DNA of 64,000 nucleotides from a virus. The first letter of the stretch is position 1, and each line of letters begins with the position of its first letter. Location of the stretch: the IMG/VR virus record IMGVR_UViG_3300035670_000075, positions 32,001 to 96,000 of that record. One strand, given 5' to 3'. The translations under genes were made by a program, and so were the position numbers. Under the pieces are notes generated by a model. That model had not been told where the DNA came from. It did not search any database and was given only the letters and a program-made list of their open reading frames with translations. Shown here piece after piece: positions 55,268 to 64,000 of this stretch.

Positions 55268-55594
55268 ATGTCACAATCATTCCTATCAGCCAACGCCAGG
55301 GCGCAGCGCAGGCACAAAGCCAAACGCGCTGCGCTAGGCTTCTCTCAGCTTAATTTCTGGATTCACGAAAAAGACCGTGACATTCTGGCTTCGGCACTGA
55401 AAAAATACAACGCTGACAAGCTTGAAACGCTGGAGCGGCGCATGAGCTTAATCATTCGTGTCGCCAACGACGAAACTGAAATAACACTGCACGAAGCATC
55501 AGAAATACAACAAAAGATGTTTCCAGAAAATAAACCGCTACCAATAAAAAAAACATGGTGGCAGAAAACCAAAGCATGGCTTGGCGTTAACTAA
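55268..55594 (+). CDS. Hypothetical protein with RHH-like N-terminus
   Basis: NARAQRRHKAKR..LGFSQLNFWIH. Confidence 0.55.
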   Translation: MSQSFLSANARAQRRHKAKRAALGFSQLNFWIHEKDRDILASALKKYNADKLETLERRMSLIIRVANDETEITLHEASEIQQKMFPENKPLPIKKTWWQKTKAWLGVN

Positions 55595-55608
55595 CAATTT
55601 TAACGCGC

Positions 55609-55669
55609 AAGTCATTGATTAAGATAGTATATTACTAGACATAGCACGCAAAATAATTTACATTATTTT
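55609..55669. promoter_or_regulatory. IHF-consensus site plus 8-bp inverted repeat (candidate resolution site)
   Basis: CAAGTCATTGATT matches the reverse complement of WATCAANNNNTTR; AAAATAAT-TTAC-ATTATTTT at 55650-55669. Confidence 0.45.
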
Positions 55670-55688
55670 ATATGTATTATTTTTATAG

Positions 55689-56774
55689 TTGACACAGATG
55701 GAAACTGAAGATTTAGAAGAAAATCATGAATCGGATACGCGCGAAAGACTTCTCAAGAAATACGCCGCAAAATCCATACGGAAAAAGACGCGGCAAGACT
55801 ACGAATCAAGACTTAGGCTTTATCAAGCGTCAGGTAGAAAACTTCCAGCAACTGACGTTGAAATCGTAGAATACATCGAATCGGCAAAAGTCATGTCGCG
55901 TAAGAAAAACGGCGAATACATTACCAAAGACAGCTTGCTTGCTGTGTCATCAGTCCAATCAATAGTTGCTGCTTTGTCGTGGTGGCATCAAGAAAATAAC
56001 CACCAAGACCACACAAATAGCGCGCTGGTTAAAAAAGCCATTGCAGCAATCAAGCGCGAACGCGCAAAACCGCAAGCGCAAGCGCGAGCAATAAAAACTG
56101 AAGAAATTGCAGCAATCACTGAAACGCTACTCGAACTACAAACAACCCAAAATGCCGCAGACAATCTCCGCGCAATCCGCGATCTGGCTTTTATCCTCGC
56201 GCTGTTTTACACCGGGTGCAGAGAAAGCGAAATCCGTCACCTCAGAGTTGATGATCTGGAGTTTACAGATGACGGTCTAATCGTAAAAATCAGAAAGTCA
56301 AAAACAGACGACGGAACTGGAAGAAACACGCCAATCCCATACCGCGATGCTAACGGACAAAAAATACTCGCGGCATACGCGATCTCTGATTGGATTGAAA
56401 AGGCTGGAATAAAGTCTGGCTTCGTATTCAGAACAGTAGACCAATACGCTGTCGTCGGTCGTGGGAAAAAGCCGCTAGACTATGGGTTTTCTTCACGGAC
56501 ACTACTCAAATACGCAGAGATGTCAGGCGTATCAATAGACGGAATCAGCACACACTCATTCAGAGCCGGGTGCGCAACAGCACTAAATTTAAGCGGCGCA
56601 GGTATTGCCGAGATAGCGCAGCACTTAGGTCATCGCTCAACGGCGTCAACGATGAAATACTTACGCGCCGACGCATCAACCAGACTTAAAGACGCACCAA
56701 CACGGAAAATTGCGCAGCCAAAGAAAACTTTTACGCAGATAGTTTTCACGTTTATTGCACGTTTATTTTCGTGA
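55689..56774 (+). CDS. Cre/TnpS-like tyrosine recombinase (resolvase type)
   Basis: RDLAFIL..TGCRESEI, IRKSKTD, THSFRAG, LGH.S...TMKY. Confidence 0.88.
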   Translation: MTQMETEDLEENHESDTRERLLKKYAAKSIRKKTRQDYESRLRLYQASGRKLPATDVEIVEYIESAKVMSRKKNGEYITKDSLLAVSSVQSIVAALSWWHQENNHQDHTNSALVKKAIAAIKRERAKPQAQARAIKTEEIAAITETLLELQTTQNAADNLRAIRDLAFILALFYTGCRESEIRHLRVDDLEFTDDGLIVKIRKSKTDDGTGRNTPIPYRDANGQKILAAYAISDWIEKAGIKSGFVFRTVDQYAVVGRGKKPLDYGFSSRTLLKYAEMSGVSIDGISTHSFRAGCATALNLSGAGIAEIAQHLGHRSTASTMKYLRADASTRLKDAPTRKIAQPKKTFTQIVFTFIARLFS

Positions 56775-56821
56775 TGTTGTTTTGCAATTAAAAAACAATA
56801 ACTTATGAAATAAAGCCAAGT

Positions 56822-56845
56822 GTTCGATTCCCGCCGCCTCCACCA
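56822..56845 (+). other. attP core: copy of the host tmRNA 3' end
   Basis: GTTCGATTCCCGCCGCCTCCACCA with no 5' half, between two convergent recombinase genes; 11-bp IR downstream (CGGCGTTATGA/TCATAACGCCG). Confidence 0.75.
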
Positions 56846-56918
56846 ATAACCCTGCGCTATCCGGCGTTATGACGGCAATTTAACACCTCATAACGCCGCA
56901 TATCCCCTCGTAAACATT

Positions 56919-58055
56919 TCACGATTTTTGCACGTCGAGTGATTCCAGCATGGCTTTGAATTTGTCTCCGGCGTTGGGTGCTGCGGTTGGCATCCAGCGC
57001 GCGTAGAATTTGCGGATCATTGCCCAGTCAGAGTGTCCCATCACGCTTGCGATCCATGCCGGGTTTTCGCCAGCGGTGAGCATCATGCAGGCGAATGTGT
57101 GGCGGGTTTGATAGGGGTAGCGGTAGCGTACTCCGGCGCGCTTCAGAGTTGGACGCCAGACGAATTCCCGTATAGTTTTGTCGTTGCTGTACGGTTTGTT
57201 GGTTTTGGGGTCGAAGAAGATTTGTGCGGCGTGGTGGTAGGTGTGTGATTTTTGTGCAATCACGGCTTCTAACGCGGGGTCGAACAAGGGGACTTCGCGG
57301 CGGCCTGATTTGGTTTTTGGTTCTTTGGTGATTTTGCGTGATTGACTGAGGCGGATGAATACGCGGCGGTTGGGTTCGTCAAAGTCTTCCCACCGTAGCG
57401 CTAGGAGTTCGCCTGTGCGTAGTCCGGTGAAGAAGGCGAAGCGGATGAGGTTGCGGTGTTGTTCGTACTCGCAGGCGGCGAGGATTTGTTGAATCTCTTG
57501 CGGGGTGAATGGATCGGGTTCTTGCGTGGTGGTTTTGAGGTTTTTGATTTTGTCGGCTGGATTGCGTTCAATGGTGCCGTCAATGTAGGCGTCTTCGAGC
57601 ATTCCGCGCAGCGGGATCATGATGTTGTTGATGCGCTTGTTGCTGATGACCAGTCCGGCGATCCAGTCTTTGATGTGGGCTGTTTTGAGGTCTTTGAGCT
57701 TGATATGACCGAACTGAGTTTTCAGGTGGTGATCAATCGCGCTTTGGTAATCGCGGATCGTGGTGTGTGATTTGCCGTGGCTGTTGTTTCGCAGCCAGGC
57801 GTCCAGCGCCTCGGCAATGGTTATTGCGGTAGGCGCGTAGTCGTCGAATAGGGTTGCGCGTTTTGAGTTGGGGAAATGTTTGCGGTAGCTGAATGTGCCT
57901 ACTGCTATTTCATGCTCGATGGCAGCGGCAAGACGCTCGCCGTGTTTTCTATTGGTCAGCGTGTCTTTCAGGCGCAGGCTCTCGCGGCATTGCACGCCGT
58001 TGAGGACGAACCCGATCCACAGCCTGTCGCCGTCTCTTGTGTAGATTTTCGCCAT
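56919..58055 (-). CDS. int: Phage integrase with N-terminal arm-binding (DUF3596-like) domain
   Basis: CRESL.L.DT..N, FSY.KHFPNS, TGLRTGEL, PKTKSG.R, YQTRHTF, MGH, FYARW. Confidence 0.93.
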   Translation of the reverse strand: MAKIYTRDGDRLWIGFVLNGVQCRESLRLKDTLTNRKHGERLAAAIEHEIAVGTFSYRKHFPNSKRATLFDDYAPTAITIAEALDAWLRNNSHGKSHTTIRDYQSAIDHHLKTQFGHIKLKDLKTAHIKDWIAGLVISNKRINNIMIPLRGMLEDAYIDGTIERNPADKIKNLKTTTQEPDPFTPQEIQQILAACEYEQHRNLIRFAFFTGLRTGELLALRWEDFDEPNRRVFIRLSQSRKITKEPKTKSGRREVPLFDPALEAVIAQKSHTYHHAAQIFFDPKTNKPYSNDKTIREFVWRPTLKRAGVRYRYPYQTRHTFACMMLTAGENPAWIASVMGHSDWAMIRKFYARWMPTAAPNAGDKFKAMLESLDVQKS

Positions 58056-58239
58056 GTGCGCTGGTATTTCCCCACATCCAGTTACGAATCGCATCTAAAT
58101 CATACACGATTCGTTTGCCGTCAGGGGCTTTTTTCCAATGCACGCCTTCCAGCCAATGCCCAAGTCGGCGATGAGACTCTTGGGATTTTTGGCTGTAGCC
58201 TGTTTCGCGCGCCAATACGTCACCGAGTACCGGCGTCAT
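57949..58239 (-). CDS. Excisionase-like protein overlapping the integrase start
   Basis: ARETGYS...G.WLEGVHWKKAPDG.RIVYDL.AI..W. Confidence 0.7.
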   Translation of the reverse strand: MTPVLGDVLARETGYSQKSQESHRRLGHWLEGVHWKKAPDGKRIVYDLDAIRNWMWGNTSAHGENLHKRRRQAVDRVRPQRRAMPREPAPERHADQ

Positions 58240-58448
58240 ACTTTCTTCTCCAGCCAGTTTGCGTCCAGGCGCAACGTTTTGCCGACTGCATCGGAAACCG
58301 TAATCATCCACCCGCTCTCGCAATTAACAACTTGCTCTGCATTGGTAACGACACAAGGTTCTTTTAGTTTTTTAGCCGGTTTCTCATGCTGATTCCAGCG
58401 TGCAGGTGAAACGCTATCCCCGATGCTGTATGGTTGCTGATTACTCAT
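58236..58448 (-). CDS. Hypothetical protein
   Basis: Coupled ORF. Confidence 0.5.
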   Translation of the reverse strand: MSNQQPYSIGDSVSPARWNQHEKPAKKLKEPCVVTNAEQVVNCESGWMITVSDAVGKTLRLDANWLEKKV

Positions 58449-58849
58449 ACCATCTCCACATAACATTCGCCGCTGGCGGGCGGTTTTGCGTAGGTGACGC
58501 GGATTTTCCCCGCCGCTTCAAGTTGCGCCAGCGCGCCACACACGTCGGTATCTTTCCATGAGTTATAGCTTGCTACCAACTCGTCGTAAGTAGCTTTGCC
58601 TCTGGAGATGAAACACATCAAGCGCCGTTGCAGTTCGGCGAATTCCTGCCTGGTAATTCGCTGCGGACGCTCAGCTTTGAGTCCGTAGACAATGGCTGCT
58701 TTATTTTCTTTCACCCAACAGAGAAATTGTTCTGACGGCGGATTATCCACACTGTAATCAATCCGTATGCCGTCGTCTCCAATCAGGACGAGGGTGAATC
58801 CCTTGTCACGGATTTGTTTCAATGCCGCTGCAATTGAACCTGACATCAC
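58445..58849 (-). CDS. Hypothetical protein (TubC-N-like first domain)
   Basis: L..IRDKGFTLVL.GD.IRI...VKENKAAIV..L. Confidence 0.5.
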   Translation of the reverse strand: MMSGSIAAALKQIRDKGFTLVLIGDDGIRIDYSVDNPPSEQFLCWVKENKAAIVYGLKAERPQRITRQEFAELQRRLMCFISRGKATYDELVASYNSWKDTDVCGALAQLEAAGKIRVTYAKPPASGECYVEMV

Positions 58850-61029
58850 TCACCTCCATGCAGCAAATAACCCAACATCGTCGTCCGCATCGCTGGTCGG
58901 TTGTTTTTCACCGCCCTCTCGATCAGCGTCGTGTCGCCAACGCAATAGCAGCGAACTTTTGGGCGCGTAACCCCGGTGTAGAACAGTTGCCGGTATAGCA
59001 TGTTGGTGTGTGAACGACTCAGCACAAAAATCCCGGTGTTGTACTCTCCGCCCTGGACTTTGTGGATGGTTTTGCACCAGGCGTGAGTTAACTGGTCAAA
59101 CTTGTCGCTACCGTAGTTAGACACGCGACCATCTTCCCACTGCACTTGGATTTGCTGGTAGTGCCGTCCGTCGTCGCCCTGCACGGCACCGGCTGAGACG
59201 ATAATGCCAGTATCGCCGTTTAGCGCGTCGATCTCCGGATCATTCTTGAGATTCATTACTTTATCGCCAACGCTCATCAGTGACCCATTGGCAAAAACGC
59301 CGGAATCGCTTGGGTTGATCGCGTTTTTAATAAGTTTGTTGATGGCATGAACGCCGCACTCGCCATCGTACATCGGCGCAAGCACTTGGATTTGGCTGAT
59401 GTCGATGCCGCTTGCCAGCGCCTTCTGCACAATCGCCAGCACGTAGCGCGCGGCGTTGCTATCAATGGGCTGATGCAGCATGAAAAAATCGCCGCCTACT
59501 TGCGGCATCTCGCCGCGTTTGATTGCCGCCGCGTTGACGGCGATCATCGAATCTTCGGCTTGGCGGTGGATGGTTTCGAGTCGCGTTGTCGGTATACCTG
59601 AATCAATCAGGTCTTTGAGCACATTGCCTGCGCCTACCGATGGCAGTTGATCAACGTCGCCAACCAGAACAATTCGGCACTCGCTCGGTACAACATCGAG
59701 CATGTCAGCACACAGTTTGGCATCGATCATTGATGCCTCGTCAATACAGATTACGTCTGCGCCACCAAGTTCTTCTAGTAGCGCCTCGGTGTAAATGCGC
59801 CGATGGATGGTCGTTGCCTCGCGGCGGGTACTCTCGGTCATGCGCAACGCGGCCTTGCCAGTCGGAGCAGCAAGGATGATGTTTGCGCCAGGCATTGCCT
59901 GTTCAATGGCGTTGAGCGCGGCATTGGTTGTATAGGTTTTGCCCACACCAGGCCCGCCAGTCAGTATGCATATCCGGTGATTCAGCACCATTTCGACGCC
60001 ACGGCGTTGATCGTCGTCGAGGTCGGCGGGGATGTCGGCACGCAGAACTTCAGGAGTCGCCGCTAAGCGGCGCTTGATGTCGTCGGCAATGCGGGTTTCC
60101 GCTGCGTACAGAGACTCTAGCGCGAATAAAACCTGCCCGCCAATATCTACCCGCACCACATGCTCTAAAAACGCCTTAGAAGCCGTTTTAGGCGCTATTT
60201 TGGTTTTGTCGATACAAAGCACCTTCTTGGCGCAGTAATCAATCAGTTCGATTTCCGTTGCGGCTGTATGCCCATTTTGAGCAAACAGCGACAAAGCGTA
60301 TTCCAGCCCAGCAATGATGCGATGCTCGCTTTCTTTCTCGATCCCGCAGTCCAGCGCCACTTCGTCAGCCTTGGCAAAGCCGATGCCGTAAACCTGTGTC
60401 AACAGGTATGGGTTGGCTTTAATCTCGGCAAAGGTAAATGCCGCACGTTCATCGGTTTTATCCAGTAGCTCCAAGCATTTGTGCGAGTCTTTTCCGCCCA
60501 TACCGTGCGCTTGCAGGAATACCAGCAGCTTGTCTGCATCATCTTCGCTGGTGACAGCACGGTGGATGTCATCAACCATCTGCTGCGTCACGCCGTCAAC
60601 TTCCAGTAAACGCTCTGGATGACTTTTCGCTATAGGGAATATCCCGCGCCCGAATTTAGCGGCAATGGCATTGGCTTTCACCTCACCAATTCCGGCGATG
60701 TTGCGTTTCAGCCAACCGATAATGCCAGCGTTGTCGAGCGGGGTTTTCTTGCGCACGGAGAAGGCTTTGAACTGACGCCCAAATTTATCGCTATTGACCC
60801 AGTTGCCAAGCGCAGTGATTTTGTCACCTTCTTCAAGGTCTTGGGGCAGGTTTGAACAGGCGACTTTGTGCTTGCTGGTCAGGGCGATGACGCCCCAGGT
60901 GTCTTTGCGGGTAAGGATTTTCTGTACAGTCCCAAGCAGTGTTTCTTGTTCTGGTGCAGGGGATTTTCTTGCGTTGACTGGTGTTTTTTCTTGTGCGACT
61001 GCTGGCATGATGCCTCCGTTTTGCTTCAA
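58846..61029 (-). CDS. recD2: RecD2-like SF1B DNA helicase
   Basis: GIG...A, NPY.L..V.GIGFAKAD, TGGPGVGKT, APTGKAA, DEASM, GDVDQLPSVGAG, TIHKVQGGEY, YTGVTR. Confidence 0.93.
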   Translation of the reverse strand: MKQNGGIMPAVAQEKTPVNARKSPAPEQETLLGTVQKILTRKDTWGVIALTSKHKVACSNLPQDLEEGDKITALGNWVNSDKFGRQFKAFSVRKKTPLDNAGIIGWLKRNIAGIGEVKANAIAAKFGRGIFPIAKSHPERLLEVDGVTQQMVDDIHRAVTSEDDADKLLVFLQAHGMGGKDSHKCLELLDKTDERAAFTFAEIKANPYLLTQVYGIGFAKADEVALDCGIEKESEHRIIAGLEYALSLFAQNGHTAATEIELIDYCAKKVLCIDKTKIAPKTASKAFLEHVVRVDIGGQVLFALESLYAAETRIADDIKRRLAATPEVLRADIPADLDDDQRRGVEMVLNHRICILTGGPGVGKTYTTNAALNAIEQAMPGANIILAAPTGKAALRMTESTRREATTIHRRIYTEALLEELGGADVICIDEASMIDAKLCADMLDVVPSECRIVLVGDVDQLPSVGAGNVLKDLIDSGIPTTRLETIHRQAEDSMIAVNAAAIKRGEMPQVGGDFFMLHQPIDSNAARYVLAIVQKALASGIDISQIQVLAPMYDGECGVHAINKLIKNAINPSDSGVFANGSLMSVGDKVMNLKNDPEIDALNGDTGIIVSAGAVQGDDGRHYQQIQVQWEDGRVSNYGSDKFDQLTHAWCKTIHKVQGGEYNTGIFVLSRSHTNMLYRQLFYTGVTRPKVRCYCVGDTTLIERAVKNNRPAMRTTMLGYLLHGGE

Positions 61030-61331
61030 GTTATTGAAAGTTAAAATTTATTTATTTATTTAATTTATTATTATTTTTATAAGTATATGATTGATGTAAT
61101 GTTTATGCTTTTGTCGCAGACTTGATGCAGAGTTGTGCAACTAAGTCATTGAATGTAGTAATGATGCAAATATTCACGCATTTTTTCTCGCGTATGAGTT
61201 TATTTTTTTTTGATGCGCCAAGCGTCGTGTTTTCACATGTACGCGCACGGGAGGTTTTTACATCAAAAAACTGCTTCATTACTACAATCAATAACTTAGT
61301 TGCACGGCTTTGCGACATCTTTGCGACAAAA
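61030..61331. other. Candidate replication origin: AT-rich tract plus nested long inverted repeats
   Basis: 34-bp IR 61135-61168 / 61272-61305 (3 mismatches), inner and outer 10-bp IRs, IHF-consensus matches. Confidence 0.55.
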
Positions 61332-61393
61332 CCACTTTTATTACTTCTTTCAATCAGTTGCGATTTCATTTTTAGGCTTTGTTTACGGTGAGG

Positions 61394-63244
61394 CTATTCA
61401 ACATAGCAGGATAAAACTCTGTTTACATTATCGGCTTGGTTATTTTCATTGTCAACTAACCCAAAGCTGTAAGCTATAGGGGATATTGAATCGCCGTTTT
61501 CAGTAATCCTGACACCAAAAATCTTACTCCTGCCGCGAACTCTATCAAAGCACACGCCTTTCAATCCGCGCACATCGCGTAACAATGTGACAAGTTTGCG
61601 GCTAAAGTTCTGGACGTTGTATCGCTTGATTTCAAACTCTGACTCATTGCTTTCGTGCGCCCATTGCAGGAAACTTGGCAGCAAGTGCGTATCATAAAAT
61701 TCGTAAGTAACACTGCGGTCATCCGCCGACATCAGCTTTTTAACACCAACTTGAACGCCGTCACCGTATTCTGTTCTATTCCAGTCGTTGTCAGGATACC
61801 CTTTCGGCGGCTCTACATACGCCAGCTTGTCATGCGCCCACCGCGCTAAAATGTTGCCGGACAATAGGCTTTCCATTTCATCCTGTTTAATTTCGTCTGA
61901 TTTATCGTTGGCAGCATCGGTCAAAATATCCATTGCTTGTTGCTCGGATATTTTCAATACCTTGTTAATCAGCCCAGGTAACTCAGGTCTTAAGATGGGC
62001 TTGAGGTCTTTTTGGGTTTCTGAAACGTGATGAAAATACAGCACAATTAGGCGTCGCAACAAGCCAACATCGTCGGTATTTAGCACGCTATTTCCGGCGC
62101 AGGCCATAATTCCTTTGTGCCTAATCATTGCGTCGCGTGCCAGTGAGTTGATGTGCTTCAACTTGAACGGCATATCCTCGCCTGAAGACAATAGTTTGAG
62201 CATTGGCAATGATCCAGCAACCTTATCGTAATCGGCTTCGTCAATGATGATTGCCCGCATATCCTTGAAATTAGTCGCCTCATGCTTATCATTCTCAAGC
62301 CCTCTTAGCGTTGTACCCATATAATTACCAACGCCAACGAGGTCTTTGAAAATACCCATCACCGTACCCTTGCCTGCTCTTGGCGGGCCTGCCATGTACA
62401 ATATTTTCTGATAGCGGTTCAAGTCACCAGACAGCATTAAGCGCATAAACGCCAAAAGAATCATTACCTTGCCTGGGACTGGACGCTTCTTCAAATCGGC
62501 AGTTGCTTCACTTAAAAATTTATCAATTGTTGGGCATGTCGCGTCCGGATCGTAATCAAACCCTAATTGCCAAGTGAAAAAATAATTCGGGTCATGCGGG
62601 CCGAGCTTGCCTGTGCTAAGACTGTAAACACCATTGGCAAATGGCACTAAGTCAGGATCGCTATTCCATTTATCACGCCATAACTTACCAGCAAGAAATC
62701 TGGCTACGCCGTCAGGCGTTGACGCGCCATAACCGCTGCCGTAACCAGGGTTTGATGCGCAGAATTCCTTTATTTTTTCATCTACCAAATTAAACACCAT
62801 AGGCTGTTTAATTTTTCCAACGACTTCCCATACACCGCTACCGTTGTAGCGCATAAACGTGTCAGTCACCGGATCAACGGCAATCTCATTATCACACCTG
62901 TCGGCGATGGCTTCCGCGATTTGGCTTTGGCTATACGTCAAACTAGCCTGAAATTCTAACTGTTGCTGGCTATTGGTATCATCGTTACCTAATTCATGCC
63001 GCACCTTTTTCAGAAAAGCATTGAGGTCGCGCGCCGTCACGCCATTGAGCTTAGCCGCCATCTTAGGGGTCAGCGTTTTTACGTCAAGGTCATCAATGGT
63101 GCTGTCAGCCGCCATTTCAGCGATAATCTGACGCGCAAAAGCGAGATCGTCTTGTTGTAATTCCTCATCTACCATCACCTGATAGCGACTTTTGCGCTGA
63201 GACTTGGTTTCCAGTGATGCGATACTTAATGTTCCATTACTCAT
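61394..63244 (-). CDS. P4/D5-family SF3 helicase (primase-associated)
   Basis: PFANGV.....L.PHDP..F.T, YDPDATCP, GPPRAGKGT, IIDE, LLRRL. Confidence 0.85.
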   Translation of the reverse strand: MSNGTLSIASLETKSQRKSRYQVMVDEELQQDDLAFARQIIAEMAADSTIDDLDVKTLTPKMAAKLNGVTARDLNAFLKKVRHELGNDDTNSQQQLEFQASLTYSQSQIAEAIADRCDNEIAVDPVTDTFMRYNGSGVWEVVGKIKQPMVFNLVDEKIKEFCASNPGYGSGYGASTPDGVARFLAGKLWRDKWNSDPDLVPFANGVYSLSTGKLGPHDPNYFFTWQLGFDYDPDATCPTIDKFLSEATADLKKRPVPGKVMILLAFMRLMLSGDLNRYQKILYMAGPPRAGKGTVMGIFKDLVGVGNYMGTTLRGLENDKHEATNFKDMRAIIIDEADYDKVAGSLPMLKLLSSGEDMPFKLKHINSLARDAMIRHKGIMACAGNSVLNTDDVGLLRRLIVLYFHHVSETQKDLKPILRPELPGLINKVLKISEQQAMDILTDAANDKSDEIKQDEMESLLSGNILARWAHDKLAYVEPPKGYPDNDWNRTEYGDGVQVGVKKLMSADDRSVTYEFYDTHLLPSFLQWAHESNESEFEIKRYNVQNFSRKLVTLLRDVRGLKGVCFDRVRGRSKIFGVRITENGDSISPIAYSFGLVDNENNQADNVNRVLSCYVE

Positions 63245-63996
63245 GCTGCTTTCCGCTTGTTATATTGATGCCACTCCGCAATATCGGCAAAGTCGCATTT
63301 ACGTGGGTTTCCGCCCGTGGCTTTAGACCACATATGCACGTCAGTCGGTGACGGTTGCACGATTTCCACGGCAATTTTAGGGCGCTCCTCGGTAATGACG
63401 CGATACAAAGCTCTTGCTGCGAACATTCCAGCGCCCTCCGGTTTGCTTTCTGTAGGTTGGTCGGTATCCGCCAAAATAAACAGTTTGCGGATATTGATTA
63501 ACCCTATATCAATCAGCTTAAAAATTAATAGATAGGACAAGCTTAATTGCCTATCGTTATAACACGCCCACACCGGCAACTGTGGGTAATCCTTGTGTAC
63601 CGCCAACGCCGATTCGATACCTTCTGCAACGCCCAGTATGTCAGTCGCCGGATAGAGTTGACAGGCAATGCCGTCACCCCACTGGTCATCTTGTCCGAGG
63701 ATTTTCTTGGCGGACGACACAGGCGCTTTGCCGCGCCCGTCAGCCTGCAAAAACGTTCTATGCAGCGCCGACCAACCGTGCGGGTTCTCGAACCACGCCG
63801 TCATGACGGGGAAAAATTCGCCGCTATCGGAATGCTTCAGATGTTCATGCAATCTGAGATTATCCGGCAATCTATCTGGCGGCAGCACGCCGCGTGACTT
63901 CAAATAGTTGATCAGGAGTTGATGACCAGGCTTTGACTCGCCCCACAGCCTTTTAATGTAGGTGGCGCGACTTTTGGTTTTTTTTTCCGCCGTCAC
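63241..63996 (-). CDS. Toprim-domain primase-like protein
   Basis: YLKSRG, LHRTFL..DG.GKAPV..AKK.LG, LGVAEGIESAL, ADTD. Confidence 0.8.
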   Translation of the reverse strand: MTAEKKTKSRATYIKRLWGESKPGHQLLINYLKSRGVLPPDRLPDNLRLHEHLKHSDSGEFFPVMTAWFENPHGWSALHRTFLQADGRGKAPVSSAKKILGQDDQWGDGIACQLYPATDILGVAEGIESALAVHKDYPQLPVWACYNDRQLSLSYLLIFKLIDIGLINIRKLFILADTDQPTESKPEGAGMFAARALYRVITEERPKIAVEIVQPSPTDVHMWSKATGGNPRKCDFADIAEWHQYNKRKAA

Positions 63997-64000
63997 AGGT

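Larger units (their letters stand above)
1..64000. mobile_element. Temperate tailed bacteriophage genome segment (Mu-like head, siphovirus-like tail, tyrosine integrase)
   Basis: Terminase, portal, capsid, tail tube, tape measure, integrase/excisionase and primase/helicase are all present; no contiguous host chromosomal operons. Confidence 0.95.

Noticed and set aside
55689-56774. Calling this recombinase IntI
   Set aside because: It has a KSKTD/HSFRAG Cre-like signature and lacks the GKGxKDR motif and IntI-specific insertion
56800-56845. Complete tRNA gene
   Set aside because: Only the 3' T-loop/acceptor half is present
61103-61391. Two opposing 88-89 aa ORFs
   Set aside because: Their mutual similarity is a by-product of the long inverted repeat; probably non-coding

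Overview
The window is part of a temperate tailed dsDNA phage, probably infecting a gammaproteobacterium judging by its DnaN, SSB, ThyA, Dcd and tmRNA-like sequences. It appears to be in the non-integrated state, because an intact attP-like site (a copy of the 3' end of a host tmRNA) lies next to the integrase. The head is Mu-like (DUF935 portal, gpT capsid, HI1506-like protein) but uses an S49 protease/scaffold. The tail is siphovirus-type (tube, terminator, frameshifted chaperone, TP901-type tape measure). Replication genes include a Toprim primase, D5/P4-type helicase, RecD2, SSB and beta clamp. There is an almost complete dTTP pathway (NrdJ with mini-intein, Dcd, Dut, ThyA, DHFR) and five DNA methyltransferases. 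Most striking features: (1) Three integron-type gene-cassette arrays with 7 full attC sites, 1 partial attC and attI-like heads, but no IntI in the window; almost all cassette ORFs face opposite to canonical cassette polarity. (2) A complete phage tmRNA immediately followed by a stand-alone ClpX zinc-binding-domain gene, in a phage that also appears to integrate into host ssrA. (3) An operon encoding an SLT/M15 wall hydrolase, a membrane coiled-coil protein and an FtsK-like ATPase, resembling a DNA-transfer module. (4) A Csx16-like putative anti-type-III-CRISPR protein. All family calls are from motif recognition by eye; no searches were run.
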